From NCBI GenBank assembly GCA_963777955.1, contig CAVZSQ010000015.1:96001-160000 (forward strand): a stretch of 64,000 bases of DNA, given 5' to 3'. Every line of letters begins with the position of its first letter. Position 1 is the stretch's first letter. This document shows, one piece after another, positions 42,875-53,527 of this stretch. Position numbers and translations under genes: made by a program. Origin of the DNA: Calditrichia bacterium. Its GTDB lineage: Bacteria > Calditrichota > Calditrichia > JAJRVZ01. A model generated the notes under the pieces. That model was not told the DNA's origin. It saw only the letters and a program-made list of their open reading frames with translations, and searched no databases.

Positions 42875-43624
42875 ATGAAAATACCACGCGCGGTGATTCC
42901 TGGACTGATAACAGTGGGTAATCTGTTCATGGGTTTTTATTCGGCGATCTGTGCTTATACAGGACGGATTTCCCTGGCCTGCTGGTGTATAATTATTGCT
43001 GCAATTTTTGACGCCGTTGACGGTAAAGTGGCACGCCTGACCAAAACATCGAGTACTTTTGGCGTTGAGTATGATTCACTGGCGGATGTAGTTTCGTTTG
43101 GTTTTGCTCCCTCCTTTTTAATCTATATCCTTTTTTCGGAAAGCATGAGTTTACTCATGAGTTTACTACTGTTACTGATAAGTTTTTTACCCTTACTGGC
43201 CGGGAGTATACGTCTGGCCCGCTTCAATATTCAGCAGGGCGGAGTTGATAAAAAGTATTTTGTCGGATTCGCTATTCCCAGTGCGGCCATCACTCTGGCA
43301 AGTTTTATTTTATTTTCACTCCATTTTTATGATCAACCACTGCAGTATCCCGCAGTGATGCTGATCCTGGTGGTTACTGTTTCAATCCTGATGGTCAGTA
43401 CCGTCCGTTATGAACTTATGCCGAATCTGCTTAATATCAGTTCGTTAAATCAGAAACTGCAATTGTTCATTGGTGTGGTAGTGCTTATTATCCTGGTACT
43501 GTTTCCACGGCAAACGCTCTTCCCCCTGATGATGGTCTATATGCTGTCCGGAATAATCCGCTGGATTTTACACCTGCTTTTCTATTCAAACAAAGGAGAA
43601 TCCTCACTTGAAAGCAAAAGTTAA
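42875..43624 (+). CDS. pssA: CDP-diacylglycerol--serine O-phosphatidyltransferase
   Basis: DAVDGKVAR...FGVEYDSLADVVSFG, RLARFN. Confidence 0.93.
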   Translation: MKIPRAVIPGLITVGNLFMGFYSAICAYTGRISLACWCIIIAAIFDAVDGKVARLTKTSSTFGVEYDSLADVVSFGFAPSFLIYILFSESMSLLMSLLLLLISFLPLLAGSIRLARFNIQQGGVDKKYFVGFAIPSAAITLASFILFSLHFYDQPLQYPAVMLILVVTVSILMVSTVRYELMPNLLNISSLNQKLQLFIGVVVLIILVLFPRQTLFPLMMVYMLSGIIRWILHLLFYSNKGESSLESKS

Positions 43625-43849
43625 AGTTGTTTTGAAACAAGGTATATTGGATCCTCAGGGTAAAGCGGTTTTGCACGCTATCAGGGAGTGGGCTTTAAGA
43701 ATATTGCCGATGTTCGCATAGGCAAGTTTATCGAAATCGAAGTCGCGCCGAATAAATCAAAAAAAATACAGGAAGAGGTAGACGAGATCTGCAAAAAGTT
43801 ACTGGCCAATCCGGTTATGGAAAACTACCAAATCGACTATGAGGAGTAA
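43608..43849 (+). CDS. purS: FGAM synthase subunit PurS, one frameshift near 43690 (not in the ORF track)
   Basis: TTG after AAGGAG; KAKVKVVLKQGILDPQGKAV...VRIGKFIEI...CKKLLANPVMENY. Confidence 0.93.
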
Positions 43850-43852
43850 AAG

Positions 43853-44551
43853 GTGCGGATAGCGGTCATCGTTTTTCCCGGTTCTAATTGCGACCATGAT
43901 GTTTATGTGGCGTATAAAAAAGTATTGAATCAGCCGACCGATTTCGTCTGGCATAAAGAAACCAATCTGAACGGTTATGATCTTATTGTCCTGCCCGGCG
44001 GTTTTTCCTATGGTGATTATCTGCGCTGCGGCGCGATTGCCCGTTTCTCACCGGTAATGAAGGAAGTATTCGACCTGGCTCAAAAGGGCGTAAAAGTGTT
44101 GGGCATTTGTAACGGCTTTCAGATTCTAACAGAGTCGGGCTTGTTACCGGGCGCCCTGATACGGAATGATCAGCGCAAATTCAGTTGTAAAAATGTGTAC
44201 TTGCGGGTTGAAAACAGGCGAACCTCCTTCACGCATCTCTGTTCAGAAAATTCAGTTCTGCAGATACCCATCGCTCACAGCGAGGGTAATTATTTTTGCG
44301 ATGCGGAAACTTTATCCACCCTGCAGGCATATAATCAGATAGTTTTTCGTTATTGTGAGCAGGACGGAAAAATTACACCTGCGGCTAATCCTAACGGATC
44401 CCTTGATAATATTGCGGGCATTATCAACAAGACTGGAAATATTCTGGGCATGATGCCGCATCCGGAACGAAGGGTTGAAAAATTACTGACTAAGGACGAT
44501 GGTTTAAAAATATTGGCATCGACCATGGAAACTTTTATGAGGAATATCTAG
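43853..44551 (+). CDS. purQ: FGAM synthase glutaminase subunit PurQ
   Basis: [32 protein letters not shown]. Confidence 0.98.
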   Translation: MRIAVIVFPGSNCDHDVYVAYKKVLNQPTDFVWHKETNLNGYDLIVLPGGFSYGDYLRCGAIARFSPVMKEVFDLAQKGVKVLGICNGFQILTESGLLPGALIRNDQRKFSCKNVYLRVENRRTSFTHLCSENSVLQIPIAHSEGNYFCDAETLSTLQAYNQIVFRYCEQDGKITPAANPNGSLDNIAGIINKTGNILGMMPHPERRVEKLLTKDDGLKILASTMETFMRNI

Positions 44552-44553
44552 CT

Positions 44554-44817
44554 ATGCGTAGAAAAAGTTTTGGCTATTTTCTACTGGTGATTATAGTGGG
44601 TGCACTGATCGGAACTGTATTAGGAGAGATCATTGCCTTTGTTATTCCGGACGGTGTGGTCAAAGATTTTTTTCTTAAATCGGCGACGGCCAGTCTGGGT
44701 CCGGGTACTTTGAATATAATTGTCATGAGTTTTACACTCGGTTTTTCCATCAAGTTAAATATTACCGGCGTGATAGGCATTCTGGTAGCAGCCTATGCTT
44801 TCCGCTGGATAGATTAA
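44554..44817 (+). CDS. DUF4321-like small membrane protein
   Basis: [10 protein letters not shown]...TLGFSIKLN two-TM pattern. Confidence 0.7.
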   Translation: MRRKSFGYFLLVIIVGALIGTVLGEIIAFVIPDGVVKDFFLKSATASLGPGTLNIIVMSFTLGFSIKLNITGVIGILVAAYAFRWID

Positions 44818-44839
44818 ACATCACCGCAAGGAGATATAT

Positions 44840-45070
44840 ATGTTTGGTATCGGCACAACTGAATTGATTGTAATCATGTTCGTTATTTTACTTCTGTTCG
44901 GTGCTAAGAAATTACCCGAATTGGCCCAGGGCCTGGGTCGTGGTATTCGCGAGTTTAAAAAGGCAAGTAATGAAATTCAGGACGAATTTCGTCTAAATTC
45001 CGATTCACCAACTGCGAAACCCAAAACACAAAATGACCAGATCAACGGCAGCGGAACCCAGAATAATTGA
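44840..45070 (+). CDS. tatA: Twin-arginine translocase TatA/E
   Basis: [24 protein letters not shown]. Confidence 0.96.
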   Translation: MFGIGTTELIVIMFVILLLFGAKKLPELAQGLGRGIREFKKASNEIQDEFRLNSDSPTAKPKTQNDQINGSGTQNN

Positions 45071-45854
45071 TTGCAATCGGTACTCTTCATTTCCAGTCTA
45101 TTCATTTCTTGTTATAATCGTCACGGCTACCGCCGCCGCAGGTATCCTTCTGGCTCAGCCAGCCGCGAGCGGGCCAGATTCAACTAAGAATCTGCCGGAA
45201 GGATTATCAGTTTATTTTCCTGCCGAAAAATTATCACGGCATTATGGTTCGCTCAGATTTGATCTGCATGAAGTGGAACTGAAATATCCGCTAAATTCAT
45301 ACCAGACATTTTTAAGCCGTTCCATAGCAGATATGACGGCTAATCCGTTCACCATCGAATTACGCGAGAGTTCCTATTACGTTCCGGTCAGAGTACGGGA
45401 CGAACTGAACCTGATCATGAACAGACCCAGGGATAATGCCTTTTTCCCGTTACTGGGAGTTGCCTGGATTGCCTATCAGCTGGGATCAAAGTACCTGGAA
45501 ATTCAGCGGAAGAATATAATTGACCATGATGAACTGTTAAAGGCCTGCCAGGCTTTACCCCTGTTGTATTTCCTGTGGCAGAAATATCCCCAAACAGCCG
45601 GGCAACTATATCACCGCCGCGAAGTACAGCAGGTCATGACCTTTAAACAATTACAGCAAGAACTGGACCTGTTGCAGCAGAACAATTTGATAAAAAGCCG
45701 GTTCTACAGTCCTGATTCGGTGCAATACTTTCCAAACTTGTTCAGGGAGGGTATGATTGCGATTATAAATTCGGCCGAGGGTAATCCTGTTATCCCGCAT
45801 GATGCAAAAATAATCCTGCAGGCTATCCGCAATTCCATCCCGGATATAAAATAA
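45033..45854 (+). CDS. Hypothetical membrane protein with BlaI/CopY-like winged-helix C-terminus (start uncertain)
   Basis: Two hydrophobic segments; [17 protein letters not shown]...[15 protein letters not shown]...YFP. Confidence 0.55.
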   Translation: MTRSTAAEPRIIDCNRYSSFPVYSFLVIIVTATAAAGILLAQPAASGPDSTKNLPEGLSVYFPAEKLSRHYGSLRFDLHEVELKYPLNSYQTFLSRSIADMTANPFTIELRESSYYVPVRVRDELNLIMNRPRDNAFFPLLGVAWIAYQLGSKYLEIQRKNIIDHDELLKACQALPLLYFLWQKYPQTAGQLYHRREVQQVMTFKQLQQELDLLQQNNLIKSRFYSPDSVQYFPNLFREGMIAIINSAEGNPVIPHDAKIILQAIRNSIPDIK

Positions 45855-45882
45855 TATAAATCAGAAATGGCCTCGCTGCTCC

Positions 45883-46728
45883 ATGTCAAATCTGTATAAA
45901 AAAATTTCTGCTCTGTTTGAAATCTCGCGCCCTCTCAACGTGCTCATTGCTTTTCTTACGATTTTCATTGCTGCGGCCGTGGCCGCCGGGGGTTTACAAA
46001 TAAACCGTGAGGTTGTCCTGGCTGCAATTTCCACTGCCCTGATTACCATCGGAGCCAACGTAATTAATGATATATTTGATGTAGCAATCGACCGGATCAA
46101 TAAGCCTTACAGACCTTTGCCAGCCGGAAAGTTATCCCGGAATGAGGCCCTGGTCTATTTCCTGCTGGTCTACGCGGCAGGCTGGTTAATCGCCGCACTG
46201 ATTAATGTAACCATGTTTCTGATCGCCTTGATTATTGGTATCTTACTGGTTTTTTACAGTGTCTGGTATAAAAGAACCATACTGTTCGGAAACCTGGTGG
46301 TAAGTTTTGCCACCGCGGTGGCCTTTGTTTATGGAGGTCTGGCTGTGGGCAGAATTGCAGAGACCTTTTTCCCCGCTGTTTTTGCCTTTCTCTTTCATTT
46401 CGGCAGAGAAGTTATTAAAGATCTGCAGGATACCAATGGTGACCGGCAGGCGGGTGCGGTCACGTTTGCTGTGAAATACGGACATAAACCTTCCTTTTAT
46501 TTGACCCTTGTTGTGTTTCTGGTCTTGATAATTGTTACTTTAATTCCTTATATTTTAAGGATTTATAATCTGGCCTATCTGTTAGTGGTGATCTTTGGAA
46601 TTTATCCGGTGATAGGTTTGGTTTTATATGTTACCTGGAAAACAACCGAGCAAAAAAAACTGGGCTGGATGAGTACGATTCTCAAGATCGATATGCTGGT
46701 GGGTTTATTAGCTATATATGTCGGATGA
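45883..46728 (+). CDS. UbiA-family prenyltransferase, DGGGP-synthase-like
   Basis: SRPLN, INDIFDVAIDRINKPYRPLPAG, REVIKDLQDTNGD...T. Confidence 0.88.
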   Translation: MSNLYKKISALFEISRPLNVLIAFLTIFIAAAVAAGGLQINREVVLAAISTALITIGANVINDIFDVAIDRINKPYRPLPAGKLSRNEALVYFLLVYAAGWLIAALINVTMFLIALIIGILLVFYSVWYKRTILFGNLVVSFATAVAFVYGGLAVGRIAETFFPAVFAFLFHFGREVIKDLQDTNGDRQAGAVTFAVKYGHKPSFYLTLVVFLVLIIVTLIPYILRIYNLAYLLVVIFGIYPVIGLVLYVTWKTTEQKKLGWMSTILKIDMLVGLLAIYVG

Positions 46729-47332
46729 TTCAATGATATCATTGTTGAAAAATATTGATCGTTTCGAGGTGGTCCTGGCCTCCGAATCGCCAAGGCGTTA
46801 CGAATTATTAAGAATGATTGGTATGGAATTTAAAGTCCAGCCCAGTCACTTGCACGAAGTTTACCGGGATCATCAGACCCCGCTTGAGTATGCCCTGGAA
46901 AATGCCCGGAAAAAGGGCCGGATGGTCGCAGAAAAAGCGGAGCAGAGTCTGGTCCTGTCTGCGGATACTATTGTAGTGCTGGACAATGAAGTGCTGGAAA
47001 AACCCGGTGATGAAATGCATGCTTTTACTATCCTTAATAAATTAAGCGGCCGGACGCATCAGGTAATCACCGCCTTTGGCATGATTATAAAAGCACTGAA
47101 CCGCTCAGTTTATGATTATGAAGTAAGCGAGGTAACTTTCAGAAATTTATCCCAACAGGAAATTAAGGCCTATATTGATTCAGGCGAGCCTTTTGATAAA
47201 GCAGGAGCATACGGTGCTCAGGGTTCCGGTGCTTTATTGATTAAAAGTATCAATGGCTGCTTTTATAATGTCGTGGGATTACCATTGGCCAAATTTTTTA
47301 AAACATTAAACGAATTTTTAGTACAAATTTAA
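46718..47332 (+). CDS. maf: Maf nucleotide pyrophosphatase
   Basis: LASESPRR, SADTIV, LEKP, LSGRTH, DKAGAYG, NVVGLP. Confidence 0.96.
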   Translation: MSDDSMISLLKNIDRFEVVLASESPRRYELLRMIGMEFKVQPSHLHEVYRDHQTPLEYALENARKKGRMVAEKAEQSLVLSADTIVVLDNEVLEKPGDEMHAFTILNKLSGRTHQVITAFGMIIKALNRSVYDYEVSEVTFRNLSQQEIKAYIDSGEPFDKAGAYGAQGSGALLIKSINGCFYNVVGLPLAKFFKTLNEFLVQI

Positions 47333-47350
47333 AACCGAAGTGAGCTGCAA

Positions 47351-47764
47351 TTGGAAAAAACTGATCAATCCCCCTGTAACATCCTGATCATTGATGATGA
47401 TGCGAATATTTACAAACTGATTAAACTGAATTTGGAATCTGCACAGTTTCAGGTTTTTTATGCTAAGAATGGCCGGCAGGCCCAGACCCTGATGGCCGGC
47501 AACAAGTTCGATCTGATTCTGATCGATCTGCTGATGCCGGAGATAGACGGCCTGTCGCTGTTCCGTTCGCTTAAACAGGAGTTACCGCTAAACACACTGA
47601 TTATATTAATTACTGCTCATGTCCTCGAACAACCGCTGATGACGGCTGTAGAGGAGGGTATCTACGATATTATCCAGAAACCATTCACGGCCAACCGGTT
47701 GAGACTGACCATCCGCAATGCCTGGAATTATAAATTGTTGCTGGATGAAGGCCTGAAAAAATAA
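47351..47764 (+). CDS. Single-domain response regulator
   Basis: LIIDDD, DLLMPEIDG, ITAH, KPF. Confidence 0.9.
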   Translation: MEKTDQSPCNILIIDDDANIYKLIKLNLESAQFQVFYAKNGRQAQTLMAGNKFDLILIDLLMPEIDGLSLFRSLKQELPLNTLIILITAHVLEQPLMTAVEEGIYDIIQKPFTANRLRLTIRNAWNYKLLLDEGLKK

Positions 47765-47777
47765 AAACGGTACCTGT

Positions 47778-49382
47778 ATGAAAATTGAAACAGATTTTTT
47801 AGTAATCGGCAGCGGAATTGCCGGTCTGATCTTTGCGCTGGAAAGTGCAAAATACGGACAGGTAACAATTATTACCAAGAAAGATGACAAAGAGTCCAGT
47901 ACAAATTATGCGCAGGGCGGCATTGCTTCAGTAATCGCTGGTTCTGATTCCTTCGAATCCCATATCCAGGATACTCTTAAAGCAGGCGCGGGATTATGCC
48001 ATGAAGATACGGTGCGCTTAATGGTTGAAAAAGGACCTGCGGCAATCCGCAAACTGCTGGATAGCGGTGTTGAATTCTCGCTGACCAGGAATAAGGAACT
48101 GGAACTGGGCAGGGAAGGGGGACATTCTCAAAATCGTATCGTTCATGCTAAAGATCTGACTGGTCGGGAAATTGAGCGGGCCTTGCTGGCCGGGATTAAG
48201 CAGAATCCGGACATCCGGATTTTAGAAAATCATATAGCCGTCGATCTGATTACCGAACACCAGACTCCGCAACCCGATTACAGCAGGGGTATTCACTGCT
48301 GGGGTGCTTATGTACTGGATATCCACCAGAATAAAGTCAAAACAATTGTCGCTAAAACCACTGTATTGTGCAGCGGCGGCTGTGGCCAGGTTTATTTGCA
48401 TACTTCCAATCCTGCCATTGCCACCGGAGACGGGCTGGCTATGGCTTACCGGGCCGGTGCCAAGATCGCCAACCTGGAATTTATGCAATTTCATCCCACC
48501 ATCCTGTTTCACCAGGAGGCCAACTCATTTCTGATCTCCGAAGCGGTGCGGGGATTTGGCGCAATTTTACGGGATAAAAGCGGCAGGGCTTTTATGACCG
48601 AGTATCATCCGGATCGTGAATTGGCTCCGCGTGATATCGTAGCCAGGGCCATTGACCGTGAAATGAAGAAAAGCGGCGATGTTTGTGTGTATCTGGATCT
48701 GACTGCACAAAAAAGCCAGGATATCCGCGAGAAATTTCCTAATATTTTTAATACCTGCCTTAATTTCAAGATCGACATAACCAAAGAGTGGATACCTGTT
48801 GTTCCGGCTGCCCATTATATGTGTGGCGGAATTGTGGTGGATATGCAGGGCTGTACCAACATTGAGCGGCTTTTTGCCTGCGGGGAAGTCGCCTTCACCG
48901 GGGTACATGGTGCAAACCGGCTGGCCAGCAATTCATTGCTGGAAGCGGTTATATTTTCAGAACAGGCAGTCGAAGCAGCGAAGAATCACCGGCAAATGTC
49001 AAAGGTGCAGATTCCTGATATTTTACCCTGGGACTATGAGGGTACCTTTAATCAGGATGAATGGGTCTATATTGTTCATGACCGGAATGTTATCCGCAGC
49101 GTAATGTGGGATTATGTTGGTATAGTCCGATCTGACTTCCGCCTGGCCCGGGCCTGGCGCCGAATTAGTATGATCGCCCAGGAAGTTGAGGAATTTTACA
49201 AAAAAACTATTGTACACAGCGATCTGATCGAACTGAGAAATATTGCCACCGTTTCACAATTAATAATTCAGTGCGCCATGACCCGCAAAGAAAGCCGTGG
49301 TCTGCATTTTAACACCGATTATCCGCACCGGGATGATAAATATTGGCAGCATGATACACTGGTATCCAAACCGGTAACCTGA
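47778..49382 (+). CDS. nadB: L-aspartate oxidase
   Basis: IGSGIAG, YAQGGIA, REGGHS, QFHPT, LAPRDIVAR, HGANRLASNSLLE. Confidence 0.97.
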   Translation: MKIETDFLVIGSGIAGLIFALESAKYGQVTIITKKDDKESSTNYAQGGIASVIAGSDSFESHIQDTLKAGAGLCHEDTVRLMVEKGPAAIRKLLDSGVEFSLTRNKELELGREGGHSQNRIVHAKDLTGREIERALLAGIKQNPDIRILENHIAVDLITEHQTPQPDYSRGIHCWGAYVLDIHQNKVKTIVAKTTVLCSGGCGQVYLHTSNPAIATGDGLAMAYRAGAKIANLEFMQFHPTILFHQEANSFLISEAVRGFGAILRDKSGRAFMTEYHPDRELAPRDIVARAIDREMKKSGDVCVYLDLTAQKSQDIREKFPNIFNTCLNFKIDITKEWIPVVPAAHYMCGGIVVDMQGCTNIERLFACGEVAFTGVHGANRLASNSLLEAVIFSEQAVEAAKNHRQMSKVQIPDILPWDYEGTFNQDEWVYIVHDRNVIRSVMWDYVGIVRSDFRLARAWRRISMIAQEVEEFYKKTIVHSDLIELRNIATVSQLIIQCAMTRKESRGLHFNTDYPHRDDKYWQHDTLVSKPVT

Positions 49383-50594
49383 TGGAATTACTGATAGGTA
49401 TCATAGGCCTGCTTTTATCATTTTTTTGCTCCGGGGCCGAAACTGCCTTTATCACCAGCAGTAAAATACGATTCGAAATCTGGCTACGCCACAAAGTACC
49501 GGCGGCCAAAGCTGGCCGAAAAATATTTCCGTAATCCGGATATTTATCTGTCGGTCACGCTGGTCGGTAATACGATTGCTACTATTGTTACTACTTCCTA
49601 TGCCATGGTTTTTCTGATTCGCTATGTGGACCGGAGTATTGCCTGGATAATCATCACCCTGACCCTGCTTATGGTGGGAGAGATTCTGCCCAAACTGATT
49701 TTCAATATCCATGCCAACCGACTGATTCTGAATCTGATTTACCCGATCCGTATCCTGCATTTTCTGTTAAATCCACTGGTGATCCTGGCCGTCAAAATAA
49801 GCAAGTTTATACTTGGCCGCTTTAAAATCGACCGGCCTAAAGACAGCCCCTTATTTGATAAGCGTGATATTGAAAGCATGATCCGTGAAGTTAAAGTAGC
49901 TGGCGTAGTTGATGAAGCAGAACATAAAATAATTAAACGGATCCTGTATCTGTCCGAAAAACTGGTCAAGGAAGCGATGGTGCCCCGTACGTCCATGATT
50001 GCAGTAAACTCTGACATCGGTCTGGACAGGTTGCGGTCGCTGATGGCCAGGACCGGGTTCACCAAATTACCGGTATATAAGGAAACGCTGGATAATATCA
50101 TCGGGATAACTTCATTGTATGACCTTTTTCTGAATCCGCCTTCGGTCGAGGGCATTATAAAGCCGGTATTATTCACACCGGAGAATAAAAAGTGTGATGA
50201 ATTATTGCGTGAATTCTGGCAAAACAAAACCAACCTGGCTATCGTGGTTGATGAATACGGGGGTACCGCAGGCCTGGTCACTATCGAGGATTTGATGGAA
50301 GAGTTGTTTGGTGAAATTGAAGATCATGCCGCGCCGGGTTCTAACCGGCTGCAGGCTTTAAATAAAAATACCTTCAAGGTTTCCGGCTCCTCCACAGTGG
50401 AATTTATAAACGATTCATTACAATTGAATATTCCGGAAGGGGATTATGAAACGATAGCCGGCTTTATCCTGACTAAATTGGAAAGGGTGCCCGTAGTCGG
50501 TGAAAAGATAATGCTGAACGACTGCCGGATTATTATTACCAAATCAAGCCGGAAACGCATTGAGGAAGTCAGGGTAATCAAAAGTCTCGGATAA
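49382..50594 (+). CDS. CNNM/CorB (hemolysin-family, DUF21-CBS-CorC) protein, frameshift near 49510
   Basis: MELLIGIIGLLLSFFCSGAETAF from 49382; GEILPK, MVPRT, VVDEYGGTAGLVTIED, YETIAG. Confidence 0.92.
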
Positions 50595-50621
50595 TAACTC
50601 TGCAGCCGGATACTGGAAAAT

Positions 50622-50655
50622 AAAAAGCCCCTTCAATTTTAAAAATGAAGGGGCT
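50622..50655 (-). terminator. Intrinsic terminator of ppiD-like gene
   Basis: AAAAAGCCCCTTCA-loop-TGAAGGGGCT on the plus strand. Confidence 0.7.
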
Positions 50656-50674
50656 GCATTCGGCAGGTTTAATA

Positions 50675-52480
50675 TTATAAATTATACATATTCCTGTTGT
50701 CTTCGATATCAGCCTGCTCCTTTAAATATGTAAACCAGTTGTTGAAAACCTGATTTCTTCTCTGGGCAAAGAGGCGCTGCCGGATTGACTCCTTCTGGTT
50801 ATTGTATAGAGTCGAGTCAAAATTGGATTTAGATAGTAATGATTGCCAGTAAATTCCACGATTGGTTTCGATCAGCGGGGAGATCTGGCCCGGAGTGAGT
50901 GAGAAAGCCATGACATTGAACTTCTGATCAAAGCCCAGACCGGGGATGGATGATTTCATGGAAAAATCACCCGTGGTGCCGATGCGCAGGATTTTTGACG
51001 TGTCGCTCAGGACAATCTGCTCGAAAGAATTATTCTGATTGATTTTCGCCTGAATTATTTTACTGAATTCACGGGCTCTTTCCTTTTGTTTTTCCAGGCG
51101 AATTGATGCGATTATCAGAGTTTTAACATCTTCCAGGGGACGTATTCCCGCTTCTTTTATTTTAGCCAATTTAAATACGGCAATACTCTGTTCGCTATAG
51201 ACAGGATCGCTGATAGTTCCGATTTTATTCTTGAAGGCAAAATTATAGATCGCATAATTTCGTCCAAAGCCCGGAATGAATTTGCTGGTCTGGGTAATAT
51301 CGCCGGTCTGTTGAATAGCATATTTATTTTTTCCGGCGGCAGTCTCGAATCCATCTTCACCGGCATCGTTTTGGAATTGACTGGCCATGCTCTCCACCCG
51401 CTCGCGGGTAGAAGGGGAGTACGATATTTTACGCAGGATATGGCTTACTTTTACCTGCTCTTCACCATTCTGAACCCGTTTGTCTTCGATCTTGATCAGA
51501 TGTAAACCGTATTGACTCTCCACCGGTCCGACTAATTCACCGACCTTTCCGTTAAAGGCTGCGTCTTCAAAGGGTTTGACCATGGCACCCCTTTCGAAAA
51601 AGTCGTATCTCCCATGGTTAGTTTCTTTGCCGGGATCTTCACTGTATTCATCGGCTAATTTATTAAAATCTTCTCCCGCGGCCAGACGGGTACGGATTTC
51701 GTCAAACTCACGTAGAATCGCGTCGGTATCGTTCCTGGTCGGTGTCAGGGTAAAGGCTACATAGTCCAGATTCCGGGTTTCTTCCTGTTTATACTCCTCG
51801 CGGTGTTGATCATAGTAATCCTTTACAACATCATCAGAAACCGGTACGTCCGCGGTCCTGAATTTGTTGAACAGTATCTCCAGATAGGTGGCATTGGCTT
51901 TCAGGTAGTCATCCGCAAATTCCTGCTCGGTTTCACTTTCACTTACCCTTACCGAGGAAGTAATGATATTTTGTAATTTCACATAAGGTAGCTGCTGGCG
52001 ATAGAAATCCTCAATCTGGTACCAGGGAATCTCCGGATTGGAAAAGGAAGCATAGTACTTGTTCCAGTCGAATTGTCCATTGGTCTGAAAACCCGGGCTA
52101 TTTTTGATCTGTTCCAGGGGATAGTTTTTTATCTGATACACGATTTCAGAATCGCTGACAGTGATATTCAATTTCTTCATTTCTTCTTCGAATAACACTT
52201 TCTGCACGAATTGTTCCCAGACCTGCTCACGGATTGTCTCCAGTTGTTCTTCATTTAATTCCTGGTCCGAGTTGCGTTGACGTTCAGTCTGGTACATCTG
52301 CTGATACGATTCTGAAAACATTTCATAGGTGAGTCTTTGACCGTTTACTTTTCCGATAATATTAGGGCGTTGACGTACTCCCAGATAATCCATACCCCAG
52401 TCGAAAACCATCAGGCCGATGAAGGCCACAGCCACAATCACAATAAATATCTTACTGTACTCCCGCAATTTGGTCATCAT
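50675..52480 (-). CDS. ppiD: PpiD/SurA-family peptidyl-prolyl isomerase/chaperone
   Basis: N-terminal TM, SurA-N domain, parvulin motifs FNKLADEYSED, MVKPFEDAAF, SQYGLHLI. Confidence 0.88.
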   Translation of the reverse strand: MMTKLREYSKIFIVIVAVAFIGLMVFDWGMDYLGVRQRPNIIGKVNGQRLTYEMFSESYQQMYQTERQRNSDQELNEEQLETIREQVWEQFVQKVLFEEEMKKLNITVSDSEIVYQIKNYPLEQIKNSPGFQTNGQFDWNKYYASFSNPEIPWYQIEDFYRQQLPYVKLQNIITSSVRVSESETEQEFADDYLKANATYLEILFNKFRTADVPVSDDVVKDYYDQHREEYKQEETRNLDYVAFTLTPTRNDTDAILREFDEIRTRLAAGEDFNKLADEYSEDPGKETNHGRYDFFERGAMVKPFEDAAFNGKVGELVGPVESQYGLHLIKIEDKRVQNGEEQVKVSHILRKISYSPSTRERVESMASQFQNDAGEDGFETAAGKNKYAIQQTGDITQTSKFIPGFGRNYAIYNFAFKNKIGTISDPVYSEQSIAVFKLAKIKEAGIRPLEDVKTLIIASIRLEKQKERAREFSKIIQAKINQNNSFEQIVLSDTSKILRIGTTGDFSMKSSIPGLGFDQKFNVMAFSLTPGQISPLIETNRGIYWQSLLSKSNFDSTLYNNQKESIRQRLFAQRRNQVFNNWFTYLKEQADIEDNRNMYNL

Positions 52481-52582
52481 ATATGATAATTCTCCTCTGC
52501 TTTGATCACAATAAAAGTATTAAATTTAAGCCATCTTTGGCTATATTTCAACTTTGATCCGTGTTATTTTAATAAAATTTCT

Positions 52583-52611
52583 TTGCCTGAAGAATATGAT
52601 TTTACTAAGTT
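52583..52611 (+). promoter_or_regulatory. Candidate promoter of lpxL operon
   Basis: TTGCCT-17 nt-TAAGTT, 7 nt before ATG 52619. Confidence 0.45.
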
Positions 52612-52618
52612 TAAATTA

Positions 52619-53527
52619 ATGGAACAGATTGAATATATTCTGGTAAGAATTCTGTATGGTATCGTGGGCCTGATCCCGTTTTTATATGGCGGGATTTTTT
52701 CCAGGATACTGGCTTTCCTTACCCGGAAAATATTTCTATACCGCCGGCGGGTGGTTCGTTCTAATTTAAGACGTGCATTCCCTGCATATGATCGTCCAGC
52801 GTTGAAAGAAATCGAAAAAGATGTATATCTTAATTTCATGATGTTATGGATTGAAGTTTTGCAGAATTTCCGCCTGAGTAAAGAATTTTTTGCCAGGCAT
52901 TTCAAGATCTGTAATTGGGATGTCGTTGAACAGGCCAGGCGGCAAAATAAAGGGATAATTTTCCTGTCCTGTCATTTTGGGAATTACGAATGGTTGGGTG
53001 GTTATATCGGCCATACCCTGGGGGATTTTTATGTAATCTCGCAAAGGATAAAGAATCCCAGGGTAAATGCTTTCTTACTGGGTACGCGGGCCAAAACGCG
53101 TGCCCGCTTGATTGACCGAAAAGAGGGCAGTAAGAAAGGGGTCGAATTACTACTGGAGAAGAAGAATCTGGGCATTGTGACCGATCAGGATGCCAGGGCC
53201 AGGGGTATTTTTGTGGATTTCTTCGGCATTCCGGCTTCGACCGCAGTGGGCACGGCTTATTTTCATTTAAGAACAGGTGCAGCTATGATTTTCTGTACCA
53301 GCATCCGTAAAAAATGGGGTGAATTTGAACTGCATTTTGAACGCCTGCCCGATTTTTATGGTCAACCAATTAATGACCGGACCCTTTATCAGATCACTCA
53401 ATTGCATACTGCCTTACTGGAGAAATGGGTCCGTGCTTACCCGGGTCAGTATTTCTGGACGCACCGGCGCTGGAAATCCAAACCAACAGTAGAACAACAG
53501 GCACAATATGCGGCTAATAAAGAATAA
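52619..53527 (+). CDS. Lipid A biosynthesis acyltransferase (LpxL/HtrB family)
   Basis: HFGNYE, DQD, VDFFG, PGQYFWTHRRWK. Confidence 0.92.
   Translation: MEQIEYILVRILYGIVGLIPFLYGGIFSRILAFLTRKIFLYRRRVVRSNLRRAFPAYDRPALKEIEKDVYLNFMMLWIEVLQNFRLSKEFFARHFKICNWDVVEQARRQNKGIIFLSCHFGNYEWLGGYIGHTLGDFYVISQRIKNPRVNAFLLGTRAKTRARLIDRKEGSKKGVELLLEKKNLGIVTDQDARARGIFVDFFGIPASTAVGTAYFHLRTGAAMIFCTSIRKKWGEFELHFERLPDFYGQPINDRTLYQITQLHTALLEKWVRAYPGQYFWTHRRWKSKPTVEQQAQYAANKE

Noticed and set aside
42228..44551. psd-pssA inserted among pur genes as a novel pathway link
   Set aside because: I recall this order from other FCB genomes, and nothing in the sequence shows functional coupling.
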